Origin: Selaginella moellendorffii
Taxonomy: Eukaryota; Plantae; Lycopodiophyta
Reading direction: 5' to 3'
NCBI RefSeq assembly: GCF_000143415.4
Contig: NW_003314326.1
Span: 372,001-436,000 of the forward strand
Length of the DNA: 64,000 nt
A program made the translations under genes and the position numbers. Of this stretch, positions 10,412 through 23,165 are shown piece after piece. Every line of letters begins with the position of its first letter. Position 1 is the stretch's first letter. The notes under the pieces are model-generated. The model was not told the origin of the DNA. It saw only the letters and a program-made list of their open reading frames with translations, and did not search any database.

Positions 10412-12613
10412 AAAAAATATATAACAAAAAATATAGTAAATAAAATTTTAGTATAAGGTTATATACTTGCTTCCATTATACAGAAGGTAGCCATATGTCA
10501 AATAGAACATAAATTACTTTTAAAAATTTTTATTTTTAAAATAGGCTTCATTTATTAAACAATTCATTAAAATACTATAATAAAAATTTATGATTTGTCA
10601 CATATCTATTTCTCTATATTTAGTAAGTAGTATATTCATCATTACTAGCTATGAATAGAATCGAACCTTTACTTATAAGATTTAAACTCTTATGCACACA
10701 AATGAATTAACATGAATTGATACTTAGATTAAGTTTTTGGATTAGCTTTCAAAGCCCCTATAAAATTATAAATTGTTCAATCTTTCTTCTCCAATATTTT
10801 ATTAGTAATTTCATCATTTCCCCTTCTCTTGATTATGAGCTCTTGACAATTTGAATATTTTTATATTAGTGGGTTCTTTGGGTCTCTTTTTTAGCTCTAG
10901 TTAGATTTTGATACTCTATGAAAGTTATATCAAACATTGGAGCAATCTAATATGGCATTTGAGTTGCAACTATAGCAAATTATTTAATACTAATAATAGT
11001 AATTTTGTTCAAAGTTAAAGATTGGTATGCTAGAAAAGATTGATGGCATGTGATCTGAGGAACTCAATTTCGGACTTGGTTTCGGACTCAATTTTGGACT
11101 CAATCTCCGATTCGACCTCAAACTCGGTCTTGGGCTCAGTTTTGAACTCAGTCTCGAACCTGATCTTGGATCTCAAACTCGATCTTGAACTCGGTCTCAG
11201 AGTCAGTCTCAAACTTAATCTTAAACTTGGTTTCATCTGATGAACTCTTTATCATCCCGGTCATGGTTTCAAAGATTCTTTAGCTTACGACACTTCGGAG
11301 AGTTAGTTCCTTATAAGAACCAAAAAAGAGGCATCTTAGTAAAAAGAGATTTAATTACCCCATATAAGAAATCAATCAGTCATATTGTATAGTGATTCAA
11401 TGTTTAACTTAATTAAGGAAGACACAGAAAGATCGAGTTCAAGATCGAGTTCGAGACTGAGTCCAAATATTAATATAGGTTGTGAGGTGAAAGCAATCGT
11501 CCCACAGAGGGGGAGGGTTTCTATAGAGGGTTCTAAAAGTATAATAGGGATAGTGAGGTCCAAGAATTAATTTTGAAGGAACTCTCCAACGATGCTTTTA
11601 AACTGATTTGATGTTGAAATTAGGGGCTAGTTGCCTTGGGTGGGAGTGAGCATGGACTCAGGTGCTATTAAAGAAGCCACCCAAGGAAGCATTTAAGAGC
11701 AACTCCCACTTGCAAAAGGGAAACCAACTACAGTACTCTTGGCTCATATGAAGTAGTGCCCCACTAAGTATCTTGCGGTTCATTAGTCTTTGCTCCTTCC
11801 TAGAGGCTTGGGCTTTCCCTTTGGGATGGAAGTGGGGGAGTAAGAGTACCCATACTAAGTTATTAAGTCATAGTGTTTCCCTTTGGAGTCCCAAAGCAAG
11901 TGATGCATCCAAAGCTTAGGATTTAGAGGGCCTAATAATTAAGTCTTATTGTATAAAAGGATGTTAAAAACTTGGAGGCTTAGTGTGTTTGGATGCTTGT
12001 GTTTGTGGGGGTGTAGTCAAATCTTAAGTCCAATTTAACCCAAAGAGGGGGATTAAGAGAGAATTTAGGAATTTATGGATGGAAAGGTAACACTCCATTG
12101 TTTATGTAGTGAATTGTTGAAACCAAGTAGACCAAGTAGAAGCTGGTACAATAAATGAGAAATTTTGTGAGGGAATTTAATTAAGGCTAAGGAAGTTGTG
12201 GTTGGATAGATGAGGTAAGCTGGCAAATTGGAAAAAAGAAATTTATAGTTTACAATTTGGTATCGAAGCCTTTTCCTTAGTTTTAGTGAAGGATATAAGT
12301 AGATTGCTAGGAGATAGCTAAGATAAGGCATAAAATAACCAAGGCAAAGATAGAACCTTCTTTGGAGTTAGAGCCTTTGGTCGAACAAGAAACTATAAAT
12401 GAGGAATCTTTGCATGAGGAAGACTCTAATGAAGAAACTTCTAAATAAGAGTTTAGTGGTGAGGTTTGATCATCCAAAGCTCAATTAAACGTTCTAAAAC
12501 GACAATTGGCATAAACCAATGCCCTGCTAAAGACCCTTGTATGCAAGTTAAAGCATGATAAAAAGTGGAAGAAAACGCAAAACACTACAAATGCTAGCAA
12601 TGTAGAAGGCATA

Positions 12614-12808
12614 TGTAAGTAACCAAAGGGAACGATTCGAGAGACGATCCATAGGGGTTCAAATATAGAGGGAAAGGGCCCATGAATAAAAGTGCACCCC
12701 CTTTTCCAATCGGTCAAGGGTCTTGGGATATTTGGGGTTAAGCGTCCTTGGGTTTGAATAGTACTGGGTTGGGTGACCTCCCGGGAAGTCCAAACTCAGG
12801 AGCTTACA
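12614..12808 (+). mobile_element. Cassandra-like solo LTR containing a 5S rRNA-derived core
   Basis: 195 bp, TGTAAG...CTTACA termini, perfect 5-bp TSD GCATA. 12737-12791 GTTAAGCGTCCTTGGGTTTGAATAGTACTGGGTTGGGTGACCTCCCGGGAAGTCC matches the A-box/IE/C-box region of plant 5S rRNA. Strand given is the 5S sense. Confidence 0.88.
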
Positions 12809-13343
12809 GCATAGACCCTTTGGTAGGAACTAAGGTGGAATTGAACAAAGTCGAACAAACTAAAGTGGAATTAATCTTTCAAGTAGTTCCCAAGTACAAA
12901 CCAAAGCCCTCACTAGTCTTCAAAGTACTAAATGACTATAAAGTGATGGAGGATTGATTTTATAATATGGAGGATTATTTTTGAATATTGTGGTTACTAA
13001 GCTTGAAGAAAGTCCCATATGCAAAACCATATTTGGCAGATAATGTTAAGTTTTGGTGAAAAACAATAGAGCCCAACGAAAAATTGATAGCCACTTAAGA
13101 AATGATAAAGGTGAGGATCCGCATAACTTATGTTTCTTTAAATGCTACTCTGCACCTAAAAGATGAGTTAAGTAAGTTAAAGCAAATAACAACCATTCAA
13201 AAGTATGTGAATGCATTTATGGTGAAGAGGGTCCTTATCACAAACATGGGTGATATGGATGCATTCTATGGCTTTATAATAGGCTTACAAACTTGATGCA
13301 TTGAAACTCAACCAACTACAAGAAAATATTAGATGCAGCTATT

Positions 13344-13448
13344 TGTAAGCTCCTAAGTTTGGACTTCCCGGGAGGTCACCCAGCCCAGTACTATTCAAAC
13401 CCAAGGACGCTTAACTCCAACTATCCCAAGACCCTTAACCGATTGGAA
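13344..13448 (-). mobile_element. Truncated Cassandra-like LTR (5S core intact) abutting a large LTR element
   Basis: Reverse complement of ~12704-12808. It starts TGTAAG right after CTATT. Confidence 0.85.
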
Positions 13449-13682
13449 GTTGTGAGACACAAAATCCCTAGGCCCCAAAGTGGAGCCGGAAGGGTGCCAC
13501 ATGGTAGTGGCCGAAGCGAGAGCCAAACGAGCGTAACACGTTTGGACCAAAAGCTCTGACTTGAAAAGTCAAAAGCGGGAGTGGAACTCCCAACGAAGTG
13601 CTCGAGGAACGAGCACGAAGCGAGCAAAAGGCGAGGCTCCAAAAAGGAACCCAAAAGGACCAACACATGACACGTGGGAGTG

Positions 13683-13997
13683 TCCGAGATGGACTCGAGT
13701 TGGAGTCCGAAGTGGAGTCCGAGATGGACCCGAGTTGGAGTCCGAGATGGAGTCCGAAGTGGAGTCCGAGGTGGACCCGAGATGGACCCGAGTTGGAGTC
13801 CGAAGTGGAGTCCGAGATGGAGTCCGAGATGGAGTCCGAAGTCGAGACCGAGACCGGGACCGAGACCGAGACCGAGACCGAGATCGGGACCGAGACCGAG
13901 ACCGAGGCCGAGGCCGAGACCGAGCCCGAGCCCGAGTCCGAGTCCGAATCCGAGTCCGAGTCCGAGTCCGAGTTCGAGTCCGAGTCCGAGTCCGGAG
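13683..13997. repeat. LTR-internal satellite (GAGATGGAGTCC / GAGACC / GAGTCC units), 5' LTR
   Basis: Directly visible tandem 6-, 11- and 12-mers. They generate the spurious SESESE/RDRDRD ORFs. Confidence 0.95.
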
Positions 13998-16900
13998 CCT
14001 GAGAGGGTGAAAGCCCAAAGCGTTCGTCTCCCAGACCCTGGGGGGTTTGGTGAGCTCCAAAAGTATAGTAGGGGGAGGACTGCAGTGGAGCCAGTTTGGC
14101 CAGGAAAGGCCAGTTTGGCCCAGGAAGGCCGGACCCAGTGTTGGGTGATGAGCTGCCCACTGGGAAGTCCAAGACTAGAGTGAACACGGACCGACAAGCG
14201 GGGTAGCTTGGTGAAGTGTTCAAGAGCCGGCTCTAGTTCCCCCGGGAGATCGACTGGCCGATGCTCCCAGTCCAAGTGTGGGTGGCACTACCTACTTGGA
14301 TACCTGGTGTGGCTCAACGGAACCCGCTCTAAGCCCATGGCTAGAGCACCCAAGGGCAGAAGGCGAGGAGAGTACCCAGGTGGCTCGCGTAAGGCCACGG
14401 TGTTCCGAAATGTTGTCCCAAAGGCCTAGATTGTGGAAAGGAAGAGGAGCAGTCCTCTGGGGTAGTGACCAAGGACACAGTCACACAGTGAGGAAGTCCT
14501 AGAGGATAGTGGGACTTAGTGGTCGGGCCGGTGGGCCTCGATCCAGTGGCAGTGTTGGTGAACACAGCCAAGGACAGAAAGGGACTTAGTGGGGACCGGA
14601 ACAGAGATGTTGGGGAAGGCTATTCCCCATGTCTGTAGGCATCCTAAGGATGTTAAGGAGTGGATCTGGGATGATCACTCATGGAGGGATGACCCAGTCT
14701 TTGAGAGACGGGATTGGAATGTAGGTGGTGTTAGACCACCAGTGTGACCGAGGTAAATGGGCATGGCCTTAGCGTAACGGGCCGATATGTCGGTGGTACC
14801 TTGGGGTGTCGATCATGGGATCGGACACGTGGAGCACTTGGACCAAGTGCTAAGGTTGAGTGGCATGGATGCCATTCTCGGGGCTAGCAAGCCCCAAGTT
14901 CTGAGTTGGGCTTATGGAGGTTGTGAATGAGACTCCTCCAAGTGGTCGGAGGTATAGTTAAGTGACTAAAGTAGAATGGAAAATTTAGTCGCTTACAATT
15001 TGGTATCGGAGCTGTTCCTTAGTCCGACTTTTATTGGTGCTCAAGTATATCACCACTGGTGTTGGCATCGGAAGGTCCGAGGAGTGGGCCTATCCTTGAG
15101 GAGTAGCAAGTCGGGAAGACATGGCTCTCCATTACAGTTCATGTGTGAACTTGTAGACGAGGTGGTGGATAGAAAAGGGCCAATAATGGAACGACTTTGG
15201 GATCTTGGGAACAGTATATGGTTTTCCTCAAAGAGTTGAGGATGTGATCCAGATGAGCGTTTGACTTAGCAAACTGGCTAATGTAGTTGTGGTAAACAAC
15301 TATAGTTGGGATCACGGGAAAGATAAAGACTCCAAAAGCAATAAAGGAGTCACAAGATTTTCCTCATATAGTTGAGGTTGGTGCTCATGAATGTAAGACC
15401 AGAAGTAATGACCGTGGGAGGTCAAATACGGAAGAGGACTCAAGTCCTTGAAAAGGTAGCCGGGGCTACCTCTAATAAATGCTGGAACAACCCAAGGAGT
15501 TGGGGGTGTATTAAGTGGATGAGTTGGTGTTCTCATCACATGGACAAGTAGTCCTAAGGGGCAAAGGTTGCCCCCAGAGAACAAAATCAAGTGTCGGAGT
15601 AACACTTGTGAAAATAGTCCTTTTGAGTAGGATAGGAATGCAAGAAGTGTATTCCAGTGAGCTAGTGCCTCACAAGTAGGACCTTACGGGTCTGTGGATT
15701 AACCAAGTCCAAAACTGCTGGATGACTCAAGTAGAGTCAACGGATGGTCCTAAAAGGACTGATGGAAGCATTTGGACTGAGGTGTGTTGTACCCCACAAA
15801 GGATGGGGGGGGATCATAGGATCCAAGGATGAGAACAGAGGGTATCTCATCGATGGCAAAATGTGCCATGCTAAAGTTATGGGAAAGGTGTTCCCAGAAG
15901 AAAACAACTTTGACATAAAGTTGTGTGTGACCTCTATGGTGCAGTGCTAACGGATGGTTGGCATGAGAAAGAGCGGTGTTGGTCTTGGCAAAGACTTAGA
16001 CACGAAGGGGAAATGTCATAGAGGTAGGCTTGTGGAGCCGATGGTGTGGAGACACCAAATGTGCCAAGGTGTGATACCTTGAGGCTATGTTGGTGGGTTC
16101 ATGAGAACCCCTTGCCAAAGGAATCCCAATGGAAATGGGAATAGCATAGCCTAAGCTGCAGAGCATGCAGTTGGAGTGTGGTGACCCAGATAATGATGGA
16201 GGTGTGAAAGCACCAAGCAATGAGTTGTAGGACTTGACAACTATGAGGCAACTAAGCAAGAGGTGCAAAATAACTGGTTAAACGGGTAGAAGGTAGCTAC
16301 CCAAGACTTCTTAATAGCATAGGGAAGTTGGATATACCCTTACGGGGGATAAGTTGCTTGTGTTGCGATATAGTAAGTCAATGTCATAAAAGGAAATACT
16401 CATTGTCAAGAAAGCTATCATTGGGACACCCGAACACTCTAGAACACTAGAAGGTGGTGTTTGATGTCGCGAGGGCAATGGATAAAGCCCAAGGGACTAA
16501 GTCCCTAGCGAATGATGGATAGAAGGTGCTATCCAAATGTCCAAGGTTACGGAGACAGGAGAGGACTGTCTACCCGAGTTGGACAAAGCCAAAAATGGAA
16601 TTTTGGCAAGGCTAGTGATGGGCATGCAAAGGCCCATAAGCAACAATGTAATCCCAGTGTGTGGGATTATAAGGTGAGCATACCCGGATTGAGGAACCAC
16701 TCCCTAGGCTATTGGGTAGGTTCATCCCTAAGAATACTTGCTAAAGCATGATAGAAAGTGCAAAGTTATCCTCCTAGTCTGGAGGAGAATGACCAAAGGA
16801 AAGGTGTGAAGCCAAAAAGCAAGAAGTAAGGGGATAGAACCGAACCGTAGGAATCAAAAGGCATAACCAAGGTTGGTTATGCCAGCTGGGAGTGGAGAAT

Positions 16901-19328
16901 CAAGTGGGGGCTCGAGGGTGTTACCGCTAGCAATCGTGATGCCATGGAGAGTCTAAAATATGGAATTGTCCATGTTAGACTATGTGGCATTTGGAAGGCT
17001 TGCAAAAAGGGAGGCCTTAGCAAGCTGAGGGACAGAGTTCCTTCAAGGTTCCCAAAGACGATTCTAGGTAGCTTAGTACCTAGAAAGGCCAAGTGTAAAT
17101 GGTTCATGGAACGCGCGAAATCAGAGTGGCGCAGCAGAAGCGTGGTCTTGAAGCTTGCCATAAGGCAAGGCTATCAAGGTTAGGGAAGTAGTTCCCGAGT
17201 GTTCAAGGAGAGGGCTTTGAACGAAAGTCGATGGTCAAGGACTTTCACGCTTATGCAGGAACCATGTTACAGTGGTCGAAGGACTTGCCAAGCGAGATTG
17301 GCACGTCGGGGGAACAAATACCCTAGTTGAAGGTGATAACTTCAAAAAGGGTGGGCCATGGGGCCGAGCATGGAGGAGTCCATGCATGATCACAGACATG
17401 TCAAGTGAGAGGACTTGGCAGTGTGGAGGAACTAGGTTCCTAAGCTGTGATCTGTAGCGCGCTTTAAAAATAAGTTGGTGCACCGGCGTGGGGAGTCACG
17501 CCAGGCATCTTGTGTGATGCCGTCCGTAGATGCATATACGGAGGTTGGGTTCGAGTCCCGACCCTCTAGTGCTTGGGTTCGAGTCCCAAATCACTAGGGC
17601 GTGGTGATGGTTTGGAATATGAGGACACTCATATTTTGGTGGTCATGGACTCTCAGTGGGGAGACTGGTTTGGGCACACCGCCAAGCGAGGGATGCCTCG
17701 GAGTCGTGATGCACGGTTAGATTGCTTAGTGTGAAAGCTCAGCATATCTATCTTGAACGCTTTGGTGCAAGTGGCACCAAAGTCGTGGTGAGTGAGATGG
17801 GGACACCTAATCTCAGTTGCTATGAACCCTTGGCCGTAAGGGCTGGCTTGGGTGCACCGCCAAGTGTGGGGGATGCCCCCGGGGTTATAGTCAACAACTT
17901 GGAGGTCTAGAAGACCAAGTACCTCTTGGCAACTCTGTTAAGGTGCCAAGGTGGGATCACTAGGTGATCTTATGGCCAGATAAGGACAAGGTCCTTGGTT
18001 GGCTAAGGAATGAAGTTCCTGGTTCAAAATGTTGAAATTGAACTGTTTAAGGTGGTGTGGCTTGGTCGTGATGACCAAGTGGGAAGAGCACCTAAGGGAA
18101 ATAAACTATGTCCATGCGATGGCATAGTGAGTCCGAGGAAAGTAGTCTCTATAAAAGACCCATGGGAGGGTCACGAAGTTGGGCTGTGGATAGAGCCCAT
18201 AGCAGAAGATGCTAAAGAGACGTACTAGGGGTGAACATCCTCCGGACTTGGCAAAGAAGAGTCTTTGCTATGGAACCGAAACAATACTTCAAGGAGGGAG
18301 GTAGAGATTCGATGTTGCTTGGTGCAACAATCAACGGATAGGAGCAAAAGATGAGTGGCCAAGATAGGGCCGTGGAATCCCTTGGAAGGAATCCAAGTGA
18401 CAAAGTTAGGCGAGGAACACTAATATGTTGGACGCTAACAAGTTGCGGAAAAGGAAGTGTGTTTCCAAGGAGGGATTCCGAAATGCTCCGATTTGGCGAA
18501 AGTGGAAGCTCCAAGGGAGGGAGCGGTAAGGTAGCCAAATGATAGGGCCATGAACAGCCCTAGCACAAAGTATGATAACTGGAACTTTGGCACGAAATAG
18601 AAGAGAGGATGATGGTGCCCTCGAGTAGAGAACTTCCTAGGATGGGAAGTGGAGTTGCACAAAAGGTGCAAGGCAAGGTGTCAGAGACACCTAGGAAATT
18701 GATTCCAAGAAGTCAAAATTCAAAGTTCCAAAGTGCAAAGGTTATATCGATGGAAATTGAGACTACTCGAGGAGTAGTGGGATTGACTTAGAGAAGGGTC
18801 TCTAAGAGGTTTAGCGAGAACTAAACCAATAAAAGGAGAGAACCACTATATGTGGTCCAATCAGTCTCTAAGTTGGAAAGACTACCCTCCTTAGAGGATA
18901 TGCAAAAGGCATGGTGAGCCTTCAATGTCCAACCATTGACGAATATGGAGAAGGCATGGTGAGCCTTCAATGTCACACCATTTGACAAATATTGGCTACG
19001 CGCCAAGGATGGAAATGGTAACACATGCGGGTGTTACTTTATAAAATGGTTCACCGTTCGATGAGGACATCGAACTTCGTCTATGGGTGGTGGAGTTGTG
19101 AGACACAAAATCCCTAGGCCCCAAAGTGGAGCCGGAAGGGCGCCACATGGTAGTGGCCGAAGCGAGAGCCAAACGAGCGTAACACGTTTGGACCAAAAGC
19201 TCTGACTTGAAAAGTCAAAAGCGGGAGTGGAACTCCCAACGAAGTGCTCGAGGAACGAGCACGAAGCGAGCAAAAGGCGAGGCTCCAAAAAGGGACCCAA
19301 AAGGACCAACACATGACACGTGGGAGTG

Positions 19329-19870
19329 TCCGAGATGGACTCGAGTTGGAGTCCGAAGTGGAGTCCAAGATGGACCCGAGTTGGAGTCCGAAGTGGAGTC
19401 CGAGACGGACCCGAGATGGAGTCCGAGATGGAGTCTGAAGTGGAGTCCGAGGTGGACCCGAGATGGACCCGAGTTGGAGTCCGAAGTGGAGTCCGAGATG
19501 GACCCGAGATGGAGTCCGAGATGGAGTCCGAGATGGAGTCCGAGGTGGACCCAAGATGGACCCGAAATGGAGTCCGAGATGGAGTCCGAGATGGACCCGA
19601 GATGGAGTCCGAGATGGAGTCCGAGATGGACCCGAGATGGACCCGAGATGGAGTCCGAGATGGAGTCCGAGATGGAGTCCGAGATGGAGTCCGAGATGGA
19701 GTCCGAAGTCGAGACCGGGACCGAGACCGAGACCGAGACCGAGATCGGGACCGAGACCGAGACCGAGGCCGAGGCCGAGACCGAGCCCGAGCCCGAGTCC
19801 GAGTCCGAATCCGAGTCCGAGTCCGAGTCCGAGTCCGAGTCCGAGTCCGAGTCCGAGTCCGAGTCCGGAG
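19329..19870. repeat. LTR-internal satellite, 3' LTR (expanded)
   Basis: Same units as in the 5' LTR. The LTR offset changes from 5646 to 5873 across it, so this copy is 227 bp longer. Confidence 0.95.
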
Positions 19871-21557
19871 CCTGAGAGGGTGAAAGCCCAAAGCGTTCGT
19901 CTCCCAGACCCTGGGGGGTTTGGTGAGCTCCAAAAGTATAGTAGGGGGAGGACTGCAGTGGAGCCAGTTTGGCCAGGAAAGGCCAGTTTGGCCCAGGAAG
20001 GCTGGACCCAGTGTTGGGTGATGAGTTGCCCACTGGGAAGTCCAAGACTAGAGTGAACACGGACCGACAAGCGGGGTAGCTTGGTGAAGTGTTCAAGAGC
20101 CGGCTCTAGTTCCCCCGGGAGATCGACTGGCCGATGCTCCCAGTCCAAGTGTGGGTGGCACTACCTACTTGGATACCTGGTGTGGCTCAACGGAACCCGC
20201 TCTAAGCCCATGGCTAGAGCACCCAAGGGCAGAAGGCGAGGAGAGTACCCAGGTGGCTCGCGTAAGGCCACGGTGTTCCGAAATGTTGTCCCAAAGGCCT
20301 AGATTGTGGAAAGGAAGAGGAGCAGTCCTCTGGGGTAGTGACCAAGGACACAGTCACACAGTGAGGAAGTCCTAGAGGATAGTGGGACTTAGTGGTCGGG
20401 CCGGTGGGCCTCGATCCAGTGGCAGTGTTGGCGAACACAGCCAAGGACAGAAAGGGACTTGGTGGGGACCAGAACAGAGATGTTGGGGAAGGCTATTCCC
20501 CATGTCTGTAGGCATCCTAAGGATGTTAAGGAGTGGATCTGGGATGATCACTCATGGAGGGATGACCCAGTCTTTGAGAGACGGGATTGGAATGTAGGTG
20601 GTGTTAGACCACCAGTGTGACCGAGGTAAATGGGCATGGCCTTAGCGTAACGGGCTGATATGTCGGTGGTACCTTGGGGTGTCGATCATGGGATCGGACA
20701 CATGGAGCACTTGGACCAAGTGCTAAGGTTGAGTGGCATGGATGCCATTCTCAGGGCTAGCAAGCCCCAAGTTCTGAGTTGGGCTTATGGAGGTTGTGAA
20801 TGAGACTCCTCCAAGTGGTCGGAGGTGTGGTTAAGTGACTAAAGTAGAATGGAAAATTTAGTCGCTTACACTATTAAGGTGCATTTCAATAATAAGCTGT
20901 GAAAGAGGAACACAATGGGGTTGGGATCCACATTTAACAAAAGAGCCAAATTAAAAAAGATATATGGCAAAGGGAAATTCAAAAAGATTTTCTCTAAGGT
21001 AGATTTAGTGGTTAATAAACAAGTATGTGGGGAGTCAAGCAAAAAAATAACAAATTTACTAATAAGAAGGCTAAGTTTGGTAGTAGCGTGGGAAACAATA
21101 TATGCTTCAATTGTGGTGAAGTGGAACATTTTTTGAGAGAATGTCCCTATATAAAAAAGGCCAGAATTAATATAGCCATTAAGTTGGGTGAAATTTAAAT
21201 TGAGGTATGTGATCTTGTGGATTCGCCATTTTAGTTTGGCCAATTAGTGCAGAGAAGGCGTGTATTACCTTGGCTAGATCGCTTGCCTTAGCCTCGTTAC
21301 CAAGCGGAAGAAGCTCTGAGACATCTTTTAGCACTATGTCCATACGATCCAACCCCTAGCTCAAAATTACTCATTACACAAGTAACTTTGGTAAAAAGTC
21401 ATTTGTAATATCTATTAGCCCTCCGAGAAGCTCAAAAGTAGCTTTGTTGAAATTTTTATTGACATGAGTGTTTTAAATAATTTTGTGGTTGTAGACATAG
21501 TTTGGCAAGCCAAATTAATGGTGCAGTGGTTGGGTGAACCAAAGACTATAGAGTTTA

Positions 21558-23165
21558 TATAAACGACTAAATTTTTCATTCTACTTTAGTTATTTAACCA
21601 TATCTTTTATCACTTGGAGGAGTCTCGCTCACCACCTTTATAAGTTCTATTTTTGACTTAGGATATGCTAGCCCCATGAATGGCATCTATACCACTTAAC
21701 CTTTGTATTTGGTCCAAGTGTTCCATATGTCCAATCCCATGATTGACACTCTAAAGATACTACTAACATATCAACTTGTTACGTTAAAGCCATGTCCATT
21801 TACCCTTGTCTCATTAGTAGTCCTAGACCACCCATGCTATAATCCCATCTCTCAAAAACTAAGATATCTGTCCATAAGTGGTCATCCTAGAACCACTCCT
21901 TAGCATTCCCTAACATCCCTTTTTTGGTCCAAACTAAGTCCCTTTCAGTCCTCAGCCATGTCAGCCAACATTGTCACTAGGTCAAAGGCCCAACCCTTAC
22001 ATCTTATTGACCTTTGGGACTTCCTACCACATGATCACATCCTTGGTCACTACATAAGAGGATTGTTTCTCTTCTTTTCCATAGTCTGGGACTTTGGGAC
22101 AACATTTCGAAACACCTTGGCTCTATACGAGCCTTGTGGGTACTCTCCCCACCTTTTGACTTTAGGTGCTTTAGCCATGTGGTTAGAGCGAGGTTTTGAT
22201 GAGCCACGCCAAGTATCCAAGTTGATAGTGCAATTCACACTTGTATTAGGAGCATTAACCATTTGATCTCCCCAGAAAGTTAGAGTCAGCTCTTGAACAC
22301 TTCACCAAGCTGCCCTATTTGTCTATCTATATTCACTCTAGCCTTGGACTCCTTAGTGATTATATCATCATCTAACAAATGGGTATAACCTTCCTTGGTC
22401 ACATTGGCCTTTTCTAGCTAAATTGGCCCCACTTGAGTCCTCTTTCTGCTATACTTTTTAGCTCACCAAACCCCCCATGGTCTGGAAGATGATCACTTTG
22501 GGTTTTCACCCTTAGACTCAGATTCAGACTCAAACTCGGACTTGGACTCGGTTTCGGTCTCAATCTTAGTTTAGGGTCCATTGGCTCTACTGAAGTCCTC
22601 CCCCTACTATACTTTTGGAGCTCACTAAACCCCCCAAGGTCTGGGAGATGATCACTTTGGGTTTTTACCCTCGGACTTAGACTTAAACTTAGACTCGGAC
22701 TCAGACTCGGACTCGGACTCAAACTCAAACTTGGACTTAGATTCGGACTCGGACTTGAACTCAAACTCGGACTTGGACTCGGTCTAAGACTTGGTCTTGA
22801 ACTTGGACTCAGACTTGGTCTTGGACTTGGTCTTAGATTTGGTCTCAGACTCGGTCTCGGTCTTGGTTGCGGTCTTGGTTTTGGTCTTAGTCTCAGTCTC
22901 GGTTTGTTTCTTGGCCTTGACCTCAGAATCCATCTCAGGTCCATCTCGGACTCGACCTCAGACTCGATCTTGGGTCCATCTCAAACTCCATTTCAGGTCC
23001 ATGTCAAACTCCATCTTGGGTCCATTTTGGACTCTATCTTGGGTCCATCTTAGATTCCATTTTAGGTCCATTTTGGACTCCATCTTAGGTCCATCTCGAA
23101 CTTTATCTTGGGTCTATCTCGGGTCTTTCTTTGATCCATATCAGACTCCATCTTGAACTCTTTCT
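21558..23165 (-). mobile_element. Old, inverted, truncated LTR of the 13451-20870 family
   Basis: TATAAACGACTAAATTTTTCATTCTACTTTAG is the decayed reverse complement of the LTR end. Collinear degenerate match including the hexamer satellite and an internal duplication at ~22440-22680. Confidence 0.85.

Larger units (their letters stand above)
13451..20870 (+). mobile_element. Young non-autonomous gypsy-derived LTR retroelement (LARD-like)
   Basis: LTRs 13451-14997 and 19097-20870 (TGTGAG...CTTACA) differ by only about a dozen substitutions by eye outside their satellite. PBS TGGTATCGGAGC at 15001 and purine-rich PPT before 19097. The 4.1-kb interior has no long ORF, only faint RT/chromodomain traces. 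Confidence 0.9.

Noticed and set aside
10650-10712. tRNA-like sequence on the minus strand (AGGTTCGATTCT with an upstream stem)
   Set aside because: Too degenerate with no acceptor stem. At most an old SINE/tRNA relic.
12737-12791. Functional 5S rRNA gene
   Set aside because: Only the ~55-nt internal promoter region is present, embedded in an LTR with a TSD. The 5' half and terminal stem are missing.
13421-14275. Long SR/RD/ES-repeat ORFs in several frames (also 19034-20148, 22414-23156, 11030-11240)
   Set aside because: Products of stop-free hexamer satellites inside LTRs, not SR proteins.
18906-18974. 45-bp-period duplication AAGGCATGGTGAGCCTTCAATGTC
   Set aside because: Ordinary local tandem duplication within a retroelement interior.
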